Below, in pieces: positions 37,451 to 49,911 of a stretch of 64,000 nt of DNA. Source of the stretch: Felis catus (taxonomy: Eukaryota); contig NC_058368.1 of assembly GCF_018350175.1 (NCBI RefSeq), forward strand, positions 226,178,001-226,242,000. Reading direction: 5' to 3'. The notes beneath the pieces were generated by a model, which saw nothing but the letters and a program-made list of their open reading frames with translations, was not told the DNA's origin and did not search any database. Numbering within the stretch: position 1 is the first letter of the stretch; each line of letters starts with the position of its first letter. The position numbers and the translations under genes were made by a program.

Positions 37451-37718
37451 GCAACAGTTATATGCCAAGGACTCAGAATATGTGCTGAGCCATATGTGTA
37501 GCCTTCCTTCCTGGGACTCCTTTCATTAGGAATGTAGACTTGGGGCTGCCACGGGGGACCAAGGCATGAGTCACGGCTAGCAGTCCAGCTGGAGAGCTAT
37601 TTCAGGAGACCATAGAAGACAGACTTGAAGCTGTTACCAGGAAAATTGTGGTGTCACTGCAAAAACAGGGTGTGAGCCGTTAACTGTCATCAGAGCGTAG
37701 TAGAATTATCGTATGGTA

Positions 37719-38060
37719 TAGGTGACCCTTGGACAACACAGCTTGGAACGGCGTGAGTCCACTTATACACGGATTTTTTTTTTTTTTTGGATAAATGCAG
37801 TACCCTACTGCAAATATGTTATTTTCTCTTCCTTATGATTTTCTTAACATTTTTTTTCCCTCTAGCTCACTTTGTCACAAGAATGCAGCATGTAACTCAC
37901 AAAGTATGAGTCAGTCGACTGTTTATGTCATTGCTAAGGTTTCCTATCAATAGTGGGCTATTAGTAGTTAAGTCTGGGGGGATTCAGAAGTTGTACATGG
38001 GTTTCCTGCTGGAGAGGGGGTTGGTTCCCCTAACCCCCGTGTTGTTCATGGGTCAGGTCT
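37719..38060 (+). mobile_element. Tigger2a-type (TcMar-Tigger) non-autonomous DNA transposon
   Basis: Terminal inverted repeats tgacccttggacaacac and gtgttgttcatgggtca, TA flanks, internal gtccacttatacacggattttt and ctattagtagttaag. Confidence 0.85.
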
Positions 38061-38061
38061 A

Positions 38062-38300
38062 TAAGAGAGTGAACCTAGGAGCCAGACTGCCTGGGTTTAT
38101 ATGGCAGCCTTAGCCCTTAGTAGGTGTATCACCTTGGGCGAATTGTTTGACTTCTCTCTGCCTCAGGTTCCTCATCTTTAAAATGGAGATCGTAATAGTA
38201 CGTTCCTCACAGAGTCGTTGTGGGAATTAAGTGAGTTAATATGCATAACCTCCTAGAAAAGTGCCTGGGACATACTGGCCCTATATAACCATAGACTATG
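38062..38300 (+). mobile_element. MIR
   Basis: ggagccagactgcctgggtt…accttgggc…ctctgcctcaggttcctcatctttaaaatggaga. Confidence 0.88.
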
Positions 38301-39481
38301 TTTATTACATTACTTCTAGTACATTGCATGAGGATGAACTTTCAAAAGAGGAACCGCTCGGTCCCACTTTTGCTAGAAACAATACATCCAATAGTTTGTG
38401 TAGAAGTGAGCATCTTTTCAGGAAGATAAAAGCCAAACATATTCCAATATTATGGAAAGAAATAAATCACAGCAATTCTGTAGAGTCAATCTGCTCATTG
38501 TTATAGTACTTACCTTTCCAAACTTGGGAAGAAATGTAAATAAACACGCATATTACATACGCTTACATATTAAGTTTTAGAGGTGAAAAGTATGTTCAGC
38601 AGTTGACAGATTCTGTTCAAATATCAGAAATGTCTTACAGACTGAAATCCAAGCCTTGGATACCATTGGGATAGCCTCGAGAGACTCATCCTCTATTTTT
38701 ATTGTCTAAGCTAATGGTCCATTAACACAGCTTCTTGAGGCTAAGCTCGCTAGATAATGTGTGCCTTCTAGGGCAAAGACGCCAGGTGGGTGTTTCCTAG
38801 TGGTGGAAAGCAACATTATTTTTCCTAGGGGAAGAATGTGAACAATCCCACTTTTTTGCATAATGGTAACAATAATAAGAACATTATATAACGGGCAAAG
38901 AAATTGCCAAGATGACATCAGCGTTCAAAGGGAAAATCCCCATGTTCATAATCAGTTTAATGATTTTGGTTTCAATACTGGCTTGCCCTCATTAGCTATT
39001 CAGATAAACGGTGCTAATTTTAAGGATCATCAGTATATGAAGAACATCGACGCCCTTTCAGACTCATTGGCATATTTGCATTAGCGGACTGATATAAAAC
39101 CAAAACTTTCAGGAAGCTTTTTATAGCGTTTGAGCAGTGTTTCCTTCTTTAGAAATAAACTTCCAAAGTCTCAACATTATTTCTGACCTTATTTCTTATC
39201 TCCACAACACAAAATAATTTCTATGATAATAATAAATAAGCATCTCAGGGTATGAGAACTGAGAGTTATGCTCTTTTTTTTTCCCTGGCTTTCTGGACGT
39301 AATTTTAAACACCTTAATTTCAAACTGCCAGGTATTTGAATTTTAAGCCATTTTCAATTTGGTGTCACCAAACAAGTGTGCAACGTCAATGGTTCTTATT
39401 CCTGGTAAGTCTGTCCATTCACTCATTCTCCTTCCCTGCCAGGTAATAGTTAAGCTTCATGTGTCAGAAGATTCCCAACAC

Positions 39482-39616
39482 AGGGCTCCTGGGTGGCTCA
39501 TTCAGTTAGGTGTCGGACAATTGATCTCAGCTCAGGTCTTGTTCTTGGGGTCATGGGTTCAAGCTCTGCATTGGGCTCTGGGCTGGGTGTGAAGTCTACT
39601 TAAAAAAAAAAAAAAG
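39482..39616 (+). mobile_element. Short Can-SINE
   Basis: gggctcctgggtggctca…tgaagtctacttaaaaaaaa; degenerate TSD aag..cccaac. Confidence 0.88.
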
Positions 39617-40066
39617 CTGCCCAACCCGGAGTGGCCTCTCTGCCCTCTCAGTCATGCTGACTCTCAGATGTGACCCACCACAACTTCCTGTGTCCCAGGA
39701 GACACTTCAGCTTCATCCGTCCCTCCTGATCAGTTCACCAAAATCTAAGTGGTTAGTAGGACCTCACCGCATATGCCTATGACCACCATGTTTCGCTAAA
39801 TCGCCACGCGGGCAGTCTTGGATCAATTAACTACTAAGCCTAATTGAAGCTCAATATAATGAATTGTACAATATTGAGCTGTCTAAATTTAATTCTGCTA
39901 AAATTACGGAATGAATCTGGAACATAAAGGATTCCTGAAAAAGGAAAATAGGTATCAGTAAAGACCACTTTTGATAAATCCTTCTTACTTACCGCTCGCT
40001 GCTTACCCAAGACTCTGGTGAATCTGGCTTATGTATTTTGGAACATATTGTTCACCATATGAAAAT

Positions 40067-40109
40067 CACACACACACACACACACGCACACACACACACA
40101 CACACACAC
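40067..40109. repeat. (CA)n microsatellite
   Basis: Seen directly. Confidence 0.95.
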
Positions 40110-40367
40110 CACTTGTGTTCCTTTGCCTTGTGGATTTAAAAGCATGCTTTGTTCTCATCTATCTGACGTGATTAATAAATTGATAGAACACCATAATGCA
40201 TAGAGATGTGATAGCAGCCATCTGGGATGGATGTTGGTTGGAAGTTATTTTCTACTTAGCTTTCCGTGTTGTGGTATTTAAGGCAAAACTTTAACAAGCA
40301 CCAAAACTAAACTAAGACAACAACTAATACTTCACACGTGTTTGGTGACGCCAAATTAAAAAAAAAA

Positions 40368-40566
40368 TCAGTGTTTATGTATTTATTTTTGAAAGAGAGA
40401 GAGCACGAGATGGAGAGAGGCAAAGAGAGAAGGAGAGAGAATCCCAAGTAGCCTCTGCATTGTTAGCACAGAGCCCGATGTGAGGCTCTAATCCACGAAC
40501 TGTGAGATCATGACCTGAGCTGAAACTAAGAGTCAGACGCTCAATGGACTAGGCCGCCCAGGTGCT
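40368..40566 (-). mobile_element. Can-SINE
   Basis: Diverged SINEC body. Confidence 0.9.
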
Positions 40567-40842
40567 GCTAAAATGGCTTTAAATTCAATTGCCTGGCAGT
40601 TTAAAATTACGTCAGGAAGCCAGAAAAAAACAAAACAAAACAATAGCTTCAAGTACATGCTTGAAGTAAATTGATTCATTTGTAATGATAAAATCATATT
40701 GACTAATTTAATTATTATTCATCCAGAGTTGTAAACCAAAAGCCAGTTTTCGATAATCGAATCTGCATCTTAAAATCATTAGAAATACGTTTCTTATGGA
40801 ATTCCACAGAATGGTCATTTGGTTATAAAATTTTTAAAGGAA

Positions 40843-41065
40843 GGGGCGCCTGGGTGGCTCAGTCGGTTAAGCGTCCGACTTCGGCTCAGGTCATGATCTC
40901 ATGGTTCGTGAGTTCAAGCCCCACGTCAGGCTCTGTGCTGACAGCTCAGAGCCTGGAGCCTGCTTCGGATTCTGTGTCTCCCTCTCTCTCTGCTCTTCCC
41001 CTGCTCACATGCTGTCTCTATCTTAGAAATAAATAAAGATTAAAATAAAATAAATAAAAGAAAAT
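40843..41065 (+). mobile_element. Can-SINE
   Basis: Full body; approximate TSD ataaaat(t/a)tttaaa(g/a)gaa. Confidence 0.95.
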
Positions 41066-42358
41066 AAAATATTTAAAAGAAAAATAAATGACCCTAGAGA
41101 ATTAAATGTTTCATATGCATTTTTGTATTTAATCTTTAATAAATGTAGAGTTTAATAATATCTATGAATATGCAAGGTAAAAATGCATATTTGAATATAA
41201 TATATAAATTATTTATGATGAGAGACAGAAGCAATGAGGGAGAAGAGGGAGTCATGGGTAGTGACAGACTTACCATTTGGGATCCACATATTCAGACTTA
41301 AGGTAAGTAAAGAGTTTGAGGAAATATCGGATTCACCCAGTGGATGCTGGTTGTTCAAGCTCATTTGTTTTTAAAGCTTATTTAAACTGTTTAGGAATTC
41401 TTCTGACAAGCCATATGTTGCAACAGCCAGAGCCCTTTCACACAGAATAAAATTGTGCAGGTTGTTTTGAGTTTCATTGTTTACTGACAAACCATAATAG
41501 CAATCCTAGTCTTGTTTCTGTCTCAATTATGCAAAAGGGAGAACATGACTAATTAATCCTTTCAAGTTGATAACACTCTTGAAAGACTTTTGATCATTTG
41601 GACTGTAAAATCCTCACAAATACTGATACTTAGGATACCAAATTATTCTCCCCATTGACTAGTGTGGTACTTACACGGTTTGTGAATTTCAAAGATATTC
41701 CATTTGTTTACCAATTCGAAATCTTGACAAAAATGGCTTCACAGATCACTCACTAGATAATTAAAATTCAGTAATATCTGAGTATATGAAATGTACCAGT
41801 AACAGATAATGTACAATTTTATAGTTCTTTTAGAATTCTAGTGTATTACTTTAATGACTTTTGCATTGATGTCCTTATGTAACTTATGTATTTGTTTCTT
41901 ACATTTTTTTTTTTGCAAAAGCAAGAGACAGTTCCCCTTTTTTGCAGTAGCCAAATGTGCTAAAAAGCAAAATAAGTTTCCAAATAAAGGAGACTTCAAC
42001 GCATATCTTCGGAGTATATTTAATTTTGTGCATGCATGAAAGATAATAATGTGATCCCAGGTACTAAATATTCCTCAGCCATTCGCTTGCAGTACTGTTA
42101 TCTGGAATAAAACTAGATTAAATGTGCAGAGCGGTGAATTACTGAAAATAATGAAGCTAAGGCAATTCATTAATCTTTATCTGCTTGTCTATTTTTTATA
42201 GCCGGGATGAAATGGAAAAATTCATTTGGGGGCTGATCAGATCGAAAAGCGTCTAACATTATGAAGAGAAACATGGGGCTGAAAATGTTTTTTTTTTTTT
42301 TTTCCTTTTTGAATTGAACACAGCACCTTTTTCTTACATGCCTCTGTTTTTCTTTTAG

Positions 42359-42551
42359 TGGCAAAGCATTTCTATAACACTGGTTGAGAAAGTTCAGATG
42401 ATTGCTGTAATCCTAGGATCCCTGTTCTTAATAGCAAGTATGACCTGGCTCCTCTGGTCTGCCTTCAGCCCCTATGCAGTGTGGCAGAGGAAGGACATCC
42501 TTTTTCAAATCTGCTATGGAATGTATGGTTTTATGGATCTAGTGTGCATAG
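42359..42551 (+). CDS. MARCHF11: Internal coding exon of the membrane-associated RING-CH E3 ubiquitin ligase MARCHF11 (two-TM region; probably exon 3)
   Basis: Polypyrimidine tract and AG acceptor (ctctgtttttcttttag|TGG), and a donor ATAG|gtaaga. The exon is 193 bp, phase 0 in and phase 1 out. It translates [64 protein letters not shown](G), which I recognise as the MARCH4/9/11 TM1-TM2 segment, with the MARCH11-type [18 protein letters not shown] loop. Confidence 0.93.
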
Positions 42552-43394
42552 GTAAGACCATGCCGTTGAACGTTAACAAACTGTCAGTAATCCATTTCTT
42601 TCAGCTGTTTTACTTTCGCCAGTGGGATCTGGGGTAGAACGTTGTGGTTCACGGGATCTCGGTTCTCCAGGTACTTAACTGTCTGGGGTGTCACAATCGG
42701 GCCGCTTTCCTCAAAACGCATAGCGTCTATATACCCAAGTTGTTGCAAAAAATTTAACAGAGTAATGCCCATTTGAAGTGACTTGTTTTGCAAGGTAAAG
42801 GAAGGAAGAGTGGAAGAAATTATTGGGGGGGGGCAAAATAAGGTCATTTATTTCTATGGCATGAGAGCAAATCAGCCCCCTTTCACCAAGCTGGGAAGGC
42901 ATTGACTGGTGACGGTGGTGGTCTGTGCATTTGGGGAGAGGAGGGACAGACCCCTGGTGGTCCTACCTCGTGGTCAAGTGACTCAGGTGCCTCGAGGGCA
43001 CAAAGTACTCCTTGGCGGGATGGGGGCTGGGGGTCAGTTTCTCCTATCACCTGTGCCTCTTTGTTTTGCTTAATACATTCAGTGGCTTAGAAGAGAAAAA
43101 GGAGCAAACATTTTGGCTTAAACAGATCCCTACGAAAAAAAAAAAAGGTTATTTGCACGTTCCTCTTGACTGATCTGCTGTTTCCCCAATACCAAGAGAA
43201 AGTGGAAGCCAATTCATGCAGCAGTTATGTGGCGTGTAATTACGCAGTTATCACACTGGCGCTGTGATGGTGTCTGGTTGGCAGTGGGGGGCGGGCACAT
43301 AGAGGGGCCACGCGGTCTCGAGGGGACTGTCCCTGCTCTGATGTGGTTGCAGCTCGGTGGGGCGTAAAAAGAGCTGAGAGAGGCAGCCGTGGTT

Positions 43395-43552
43395 TAGAGC
43401 AATGGTCCTACCGCTGCTTCTTAAGAAGTGCACATTCTCAGGCTCCACCTCGTCTGCCAAATCAGAAATTTCAGGATTGGGGCCCCCGGCCGCCTGTGCA
43501 TCACAAGTCCCCTGGGATTCTGAGGCACGCTGAAGCTTGGGGGACGCTGGTT
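43395..43552. mobile_element. MER5A-like hAT-Charlie element
   Basis: gcacattctcaggctccacc…aatcagaaattt…acaagtcccctgggattctgaggcacgctgaagcttg. Confidence 0.75.
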
Positions 43553-44400
43553 GAAGGGAATGGTGCAATTTGGGATCCAGTGACTCGGTTTCCAATCCTG
43601 GGCTCTGTGGGGACTAATCAACTCTCTCTCTCCGTGTCCTGGATGGAAATAATAATCCCTAGCACACAGGCCCAAATCAAGGAAATCATGATTAGAACCA
43701 ATTATGTTATTAATTGGAAGTTACAGATTAAAGGTATTTGAATAAGTCACAAACATTAAAGCAACTCAAATCATTCACATTAATGCCTGTGCTCACTAGA
43801 GCCTTAATTTCACTAGCAGTTTAAATATCTTCAGTCACTTTTTCTAAAAGAACCCTATACATTTTAAAATAGGATTAGCCAGAATTTCCTCTCTTTCTCC
43901 TTCCTCCCTTGTCACTAGCACAAGACTAATAGGAAAGAAAATGATCAAATTGCAGGCCAGGAAGGGAAAAAGGAGGTGTGGGGGGGAAACGTCATGAATA
44001 ATATGTAAACTGAGCAGATGTTGCCTGAATAATGGAGCTAATGATGTGTATGAACAATTTGCATTAAATGTGATAATGCACTTGTAAGCATTTGGAAATG
44101 CTAAATCTCTATACAAATATAATCTCTAGGGTATTGCTCTAAATAAAGAAGAGTCACAAAACTGTTCTACAAATTCCTTAATAAATTCAGAGATAGATAG
44201 TATTTATTTTTTTTCACCATAAATGTTATAAAATGTGGTATTCCGTTGATACGAAAAGGAGAGATGAAAAACAAAGAAACCATTAGGCTTCCAGTCGAAC
44301 GTGGAGGGAAAAAGTCCCATTGGCTTTGATATCATTACAGCACTAAGAAACGAACGTATATTTATACATCCTGGTTAGGAAATCATTATCCTGGCTTTCC

Positions 44401-44622
44401 TTTCTTCTTTTTTTTAATGTTTATTTACTATTGCGAGACAGAGAGAGAGAGGGCATAAGCTGGGGAGAGGCAAGAGAGACAGACAGACAGACAGAATCTG
44501 AAGCAGGCTTCAAGCTCTGAGCTGTCAGCACAGAGTCCAATGCGGGGCTGGACCCCACGAACCATATGAGATCATGTTCTGAGCCGAAGTAGGATGCTTA
44601 ACCGACAGAATCATGCACCCCC
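44401..44622 (-). mobile_element. Can-SINE
   Basis: TSD cattatcctgg(c/t)tttc. Confidence 0.94.
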
Positions 44623-44971
44623 ATTATCCTGGTTTTCAAAGCTTGCATTTAGTACCAAGTTACCTTATCTTAAATTTTGATTGCTAATGCCAGTTTCTTA
44701 ATCAAAATTATTAAATTTTGGTTTTAAACGCATAGGCCTATGGACTAATGATTTTTGGCAGAATATGGACATATTTGGGCTTTCCTTTTGAAATCTCGGT
44801 ATTTGCCCATTTTATGAAGTCAAGTTTCTTAGGAACACAAACCAATCAACATTTTCCTGGCTTACACTTTGGAGAGTGCATTTTTATTGAAGTTTTAAAT
44901 AATGACAATAACCTATCATTGCATTCTAACTCATTAAATCCAAATCTCACCCTTGCAGGATTTATTTGTAT

Positions 44972-45190
44972 ATTTTTTAAAATTTTTTTAACGTTTATTT
45001 ATTTTTGAGACAGAGAGAGACAGAGCATGAACAGGGGAGGGTCAGAGAGAGGGCGACACAGAATCTGAAGCAGGCTCCAGGCTCCGAGCTGTCAGCACAG
45101 AGCCCGACGCAGGGCTCGAACTCACGGACCGCGAGATCATGACCTGAGCCGAAGTCGGCCGCTTAACCGACTGAGCCACCCAGGCGCCCC
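44972..45190 (-). mobile_element. Young Can-SINE
   Basis: CpG-intact; TSD aggatttatttgtat at 44957-44971 and 45191-45205. Confidence 0.97.
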
Positions 45191-45499
45191 AGGATTTATT
45201 TGTATTTTTTGAAAAATGTCAAAGAATTCAGGTTGAACAACCTTGTTCGTTTTCAGAGAGTATCTTATTTTTTTCCTCAAGAAATTGGGAAACCACTATA
45301 GCCAAGTTAGCAAATACACATGCAGGTTGTCAATAGCCAGCTGGATCATAGCCAATAATAGCTCCGGCAAATTAATTCAAGGGTCTGTTAATTGCATGTA
45401 GATAGTAACAAAGTAGGTTACATTGATTACGCCTCCAATCCCCCTGACTGCAGGAGTCTGAGGGTGAAAGCAGGTTACCCTCTGAGCCCAGTTTGGTCG

Positions 45500-45780
45500 G
45501 GTCAATAAATATTTATTGAAAACCTTCTTTGTGTCAGACACAGTGCTAGGTGCTGGGAATACAAATCAGAGTGGGTCATTATCCCACCCCCACGGAGCTC
45601 CCAGCCACACAAGAGGACAGGCATGTCAGTAGGTAATTAGAATCTGGTGGAATGTGCACAGTTCTGGAAGCAGGCACAGGAGGTGGGCAAAGCAGGGAGA
45701 CATGACTGCTGGGATGTCGTATGCAAGGAGGGGGTGGTTCCAGGCAGGTTTCACGGGGAGGTGACAGCCAAGCAGGCTGA
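45500..45780 (-). mobile_element. L2 3' end
   Basis: tcaataaatatttattga…tgtgtcagacacagtgctaggtgctgggaatac. Confidence 0.8.
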
Positions 45781-46281
45781 TGGATGAGTACATGCATGGC
45801 AAGTGGGGAGATGGCCCCTTGTCACTGGTGGAGGAGGTAAGATTGGCTCCCCTTTCGGAGGGCGTTAAAGTACTTGGGAACATTCCCACATTCCTGTGTG
45901 CCGAAGCTTTTCAAACTTGTTTATACTTCAGTGAGAAGGAACAGGCTGGCAGCTTCATAAATCTTCTGTTTAAAAAAAAAATAATTCGGAAAATCCGTAG
46001 ATTATTCCTGAATCAACAAATGTTATAATCCAGCCAGTGTTTGTAATGCTTAGGAAGAGGTTGTTGTTGGATTGTTCAATAAAAATGTAAAGATGTGTAG
46101 AAAATGTATTTACTCAGGGAAATTCGTTAACTTCTTTCTACACATAGTGGGTTTGGTTTTTGCTTTTATTCATGATTAATTGATACATTTTCTGCTTTCC
46201 CGAGAGTCAGTTTTTTCTTGCTATTAAAGTTTTGAATTCTCCCTGGGTTCTAGGTGCCATTGTCATTGCAATGCCTGGATT

Positions 46282-46702
46282 AGGGCTGTCCAGTAGAATT
46301 TACTGCAGTGTATCTGTTGTCCAGGACCACCAACCCTAGCTACGTTTGGCTCTTGAACACTTGAAATGTGGTTCGTGAGAAGAGAAACAGAATTTTTTTT
46401 TTTCAACGTTTTTTATTTATTTTTGGGACAGAGAGAGACAGAGCATGAACGGGGGAGGGGCAGAGAGAGAGGGAGACACAGAATCGGAAACAGGCTCCAG
46501 GCTCCGAGCCATCAGCCCAGAGCCTGACGTGGGGCTCGAACTCACGGACCGCGAGATCGTGACCTGGCTGAAGTCGGGCGCTTAACCGACTGCGCCACCC
46601 AGGCGCCCCGAGAAACAGAATTTTAAAGTCAATTTATTTAAATTGACTTAAATTTAAATAAATAGCCACATGTGGCTGGTGGCTATTATATTGGACAGTA
46701 CC
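46282..46702. mobile_element. MER3-like hAT-Charlie element, interrupted by a SINE
   Basis: Ends gctgtccagtagaa and atattggacag; internal ttgaacacttgaaatgtgg and aatagccacatgtggctggtggcta. Confidence 0.82.
46397..46609 (-). mobile_element. Young feline Can-SINE
   Basis: TSD gagaaacagaatttt at 46382-46396 and 46610-46624. Confidence 0.97.
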
Positions 46703-46989
46703 GATCCTAGATGATGATTCAACTTGAATGTGTAAGGGTTCGATGAACACAATCCCCATCGCCTATATAACCAGGTTGTATTTACTAAATCACAAAGTGG
46801 CCGTGTGCCAAGAGAGATGGAGAAAGTAAGAATGAGTTGAAGATCGTTAAGAGAAGATATTAAAGGTCAGAGGGTGGTGGTCGAGAGGTCGATGGAGAAC
46901 CATGAAAGGGAAATGTGTCTTAAGGAAATCGAAGTACAAAAAGGTAACTTTATATCATACAGGGGGAGCTCTTTTAAGTATTTAAATAT

Positions 46990-47215
46990 TTGACATTCCA
47001 ACTATAATTGTGTACCAGGAAAACTAATATAAAGGATTTAAATCACTGAGATGTTTTAGCCTGGGACAGTAAGTTAGGGACAATAGTCAAAGCAAGCTCG
47101 TTTGTGTTGGCTCCCCCCTAAGAAGATTTGCACGGTGGGCAAAGGAAGGTTATGAAACCCAGAAATGAAAAGCAAATGCATGGTGGAAGGCTTTGGGCTC
47201 AGGATTTGGTTCTTA
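46990..47215 (+). mobile_element. Possible L3/CR1 3' fragment
   Basis: actgagatgttttagcctggg…tttgtgttggctcc resembles the L3 3' region. Confidence 0.4.
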
Positions 47216-47609
47216 AGTCTATACTCTTGCACATTGAGAAATTAAAAGGCTATCGCTTCCATTGACTGATTCAGAGGAAGCTTGTTCCGTAAGAGGAATG
47301 CATTCAGTAGTGACCCAGAGTCAGCCATGAGGAAAGGAGGTCATTTGATGAACTTGCATCCAAAAAGTGAGGGCAGTAGTTACCACGTCATTTGAGTGTC
47401 TGGTAGAACCTGATGAGGTGGGTTCAATTTTCTGTCAAAGCAATAAAATGAAACTAGAACCCAGTTAGTGGGATTCCTGAATTCGGGATAGCAGTGCTTA
47501 TGCTTAATTTCATTAACACTCTAAATTAGTGCCGAATCCATGTCTGGAATATGTTTTGAGCTTCCTTGAGATACCATTGAAGGGGCTGGTTATGGCCACA
47601 AAATTTAAG

Positions 47610-47815
47610 CGGCGCCTGGGTGGCTCAGTCGGTCAAGCATCCGACTCTGGCTCAGGTCATGACCTCGCGGTTCTTGGGTTCGAGCCCTGTGTCAGACTCT
47701 GTGCTGACAGCTTGGAGCCTGCTTCAAATTCTGTGTCTCCCTCTCTCTCCCTGCCCCTCCCCTGCTCGCACCCTGTCTCCCTCTCTCTCATCTATGGATA
47801 ATACAACATTAAAAA
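47610..47815 (+). mobile_element. Can-SINE
   Basis: SINEC body; TSD aaaatttaag. Confidence 0.93.
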
Positions 47816-47849
47816 AAATTTAAGAACGTGGATCACTTTGTTCTTTTAA

Positions 47850-48470
47850 AAAAATCTCTTAATTGTCCACATAGTATAAACATATACATATTCAAATAAA
47901 CCCATTTTATGAATATATAAAGTTTAAAAAAAAAGACTTCACTCCCACTGCCCTGTTATGTCATTCCCTTTGCAGAAAGGTCCCCCTCCCCCAACATTTT
48001 GGTGTATATCCACCAGATCTTTTTCATTAGGTTAACATGTCTATGGGTACATAGACACATAGGTGTTTTCATATAAGTGGGATCATACTATTCGTATTGT
48101 TCAAAACATAGTCATTTCATGCAGCACCATGACCTAGAGATCTTTCCCCATTAGAATGGATGTACAGCCGTTTACTTAACTTCTTCTACTGACGGATATT
48201 CAAGTTGTTACCAATTTTTGTCATTAGACACAGTGCTGCCTAGCGGTATTTCTGTAGCCAGGATTCCAAGAAGTGCAAAGTCTGGGTTGAGTAGTAAGCA
48301 CACGCCCCGTTTCAGCTCTCTAATTTTGGTTCTCTAAATTTGACTTATATTGCACTCACCCCAGATATATGAGAATTCCCATCTTCCCACGCCTTGCCAA
48401 AAATGGATATCCATTTTTTGACATTTTCATTGGTAGTTTGAGCTATGTTTAATACCATTAGAGTGCTTTC
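47850..48470 (-). mobile_element. Old L1 (L1ME/L1MC-type) 3' fragment
   Basis: aagtgggatcatactat…ttcttctactgacggatattc…atgagaattcccatcttcccacgccttgcca. Confidence 0.7.
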
Positions 48471-49683
48471 CTTAAAGTCTCTTGTAACTATTTAGGTTTG
48501 TGGGGCGGTTTTACCTAAGAAAATAAGAATGGCCACACGGACCCGTGCTCTTAATGCAGCCTGTCCTGCGTGGCGTCCTTTGGGATGCGGTGGGCAGGAA
48601 CATAGACTAGCTCTGCCCTGTGATTACTCCCACCTCGTCTTTCTGAAAATGAAATCAGAAGATGGGCTCGAGGTCAAAGGTCGCTGCCTCTCGAGAACAG
48701 TTCTATCGATGATACCATTAACACTCAAGGAGTTTCACTTCTCAGTCTGTCTCTTTTTTTCATGCAGAAAGTGCTCCCAGAAATTGCTTTAAGGAAAATT
48801 GCCTCCCTCTATCACTTGGGTCTGTGGCTAAAGTACTGACTCTGTTATTGCTTGTTTTCCGTATTACTCTATTAAATAAACAAATTAAAGCGCAGACATC
48901 CAGAGTGGAGGAAACACACATGTACCCACCAGGAACTAAAAATCCCTCTCAGAGCTCTTTGAAATAATGATATAAAGTATAGTACGGTAGTTTTTCTTGT
49001 CCTGCTTTTGACAACTGCAGAGATTAAGGCATTTTTAAAAATAACCTGCTATACACTTGAACGAGGATCAGATCAAAATATCTTCTCCTTAATCTACCAA
49101 TTATATAGTCAGTGCTGAAAAATGCTCCTTCTGCAGAAATTTCATATCCTCCAATGTGAGGTTTTATTTTACTCTGTTTGAAACCTAATTTTTTTTTTAA
49201 AAATACATATGAATTCTTGTAGTTATTATTATAGCCCTTTTAAAAAATCTGTTTTTCACAGTTGATGATCTGTCTAGTTAAAGGTTCTTGGGCACACACA
49301 AGAAAACGATATAGAGTTACCAGTTGGTAATGTATTCACATTTCATTATAGAACTTCAAATGAGTAAATACCACATATTCTTACGGTCCTTGATTATATC
49401 GGAGACAGGGAGACACGTGTTTACATTTTTAAAAGCTAAGGTAACATTTCTGTCTTACTTTCCATACTGCTTCACTGTGCTATTTTTTTTCCCCAGGCAG
49501 AGCAGCTAAAAGTAACACATCGTTGAACCTTTCATTGACATGAAACTTAAAACGTACATTTTCTAATTCTGTGATATTGTATGAGGAAAAGTGAAGACTT
49601 TTAACCAAGAATTTCAGGATAATCAAACTCTTGGTTACCACAAATGAGTTCTCCCCATTGAGGATGGCCAGTTGTCTATTTCA

Positions 49684-49743
49684 AAAATTTTTTTAATGTT
49701 TATTTCTGAGAGAGAGAGACAGAGCACCATTGGGGGGGGGTGG

Positions 49744-49779
<36 letters not shown>

Positions 49780-49911
49780 GGCAAAGAATCCAAAGCAGTC
49801 TCCAGGCTCCCAGCTATCAGCACAGAGCCCGACTCAGGGCACAAACTCCCGGACTGCGAGATCATGACCTGAGCTGAAGTCAGACACTTAACTGAGACAC
49901 CCAGGTGCCCC
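49684..49911 (-). mobile_element. Can-SINE
   Basis: TSD gccagttgt(c/g)tatttca. Confidence 0.94.

Noticed and set aside
41113..41190. 12-bp inverted repeat atatgcattttt / aaaaatgcatat
   Set aside because: Occurs in extremely AT-rich sequence, so it is plausible by chance; no TSD or family recognised.
42552..42637. Continuation of ORF 42398..42637 beyond the exon
   Set aside because: Read-through into the intron past a canonical gtaaga donor; MARCH similarity ends at the donor. The ATG at 42398 is an internal Met.
46626..46649. 11-bp-arm palindrome aagtcaattta-tt-taaattgactt
   Set aside because: Lies in the AT-rich palindromic interior of the MER3-like element.
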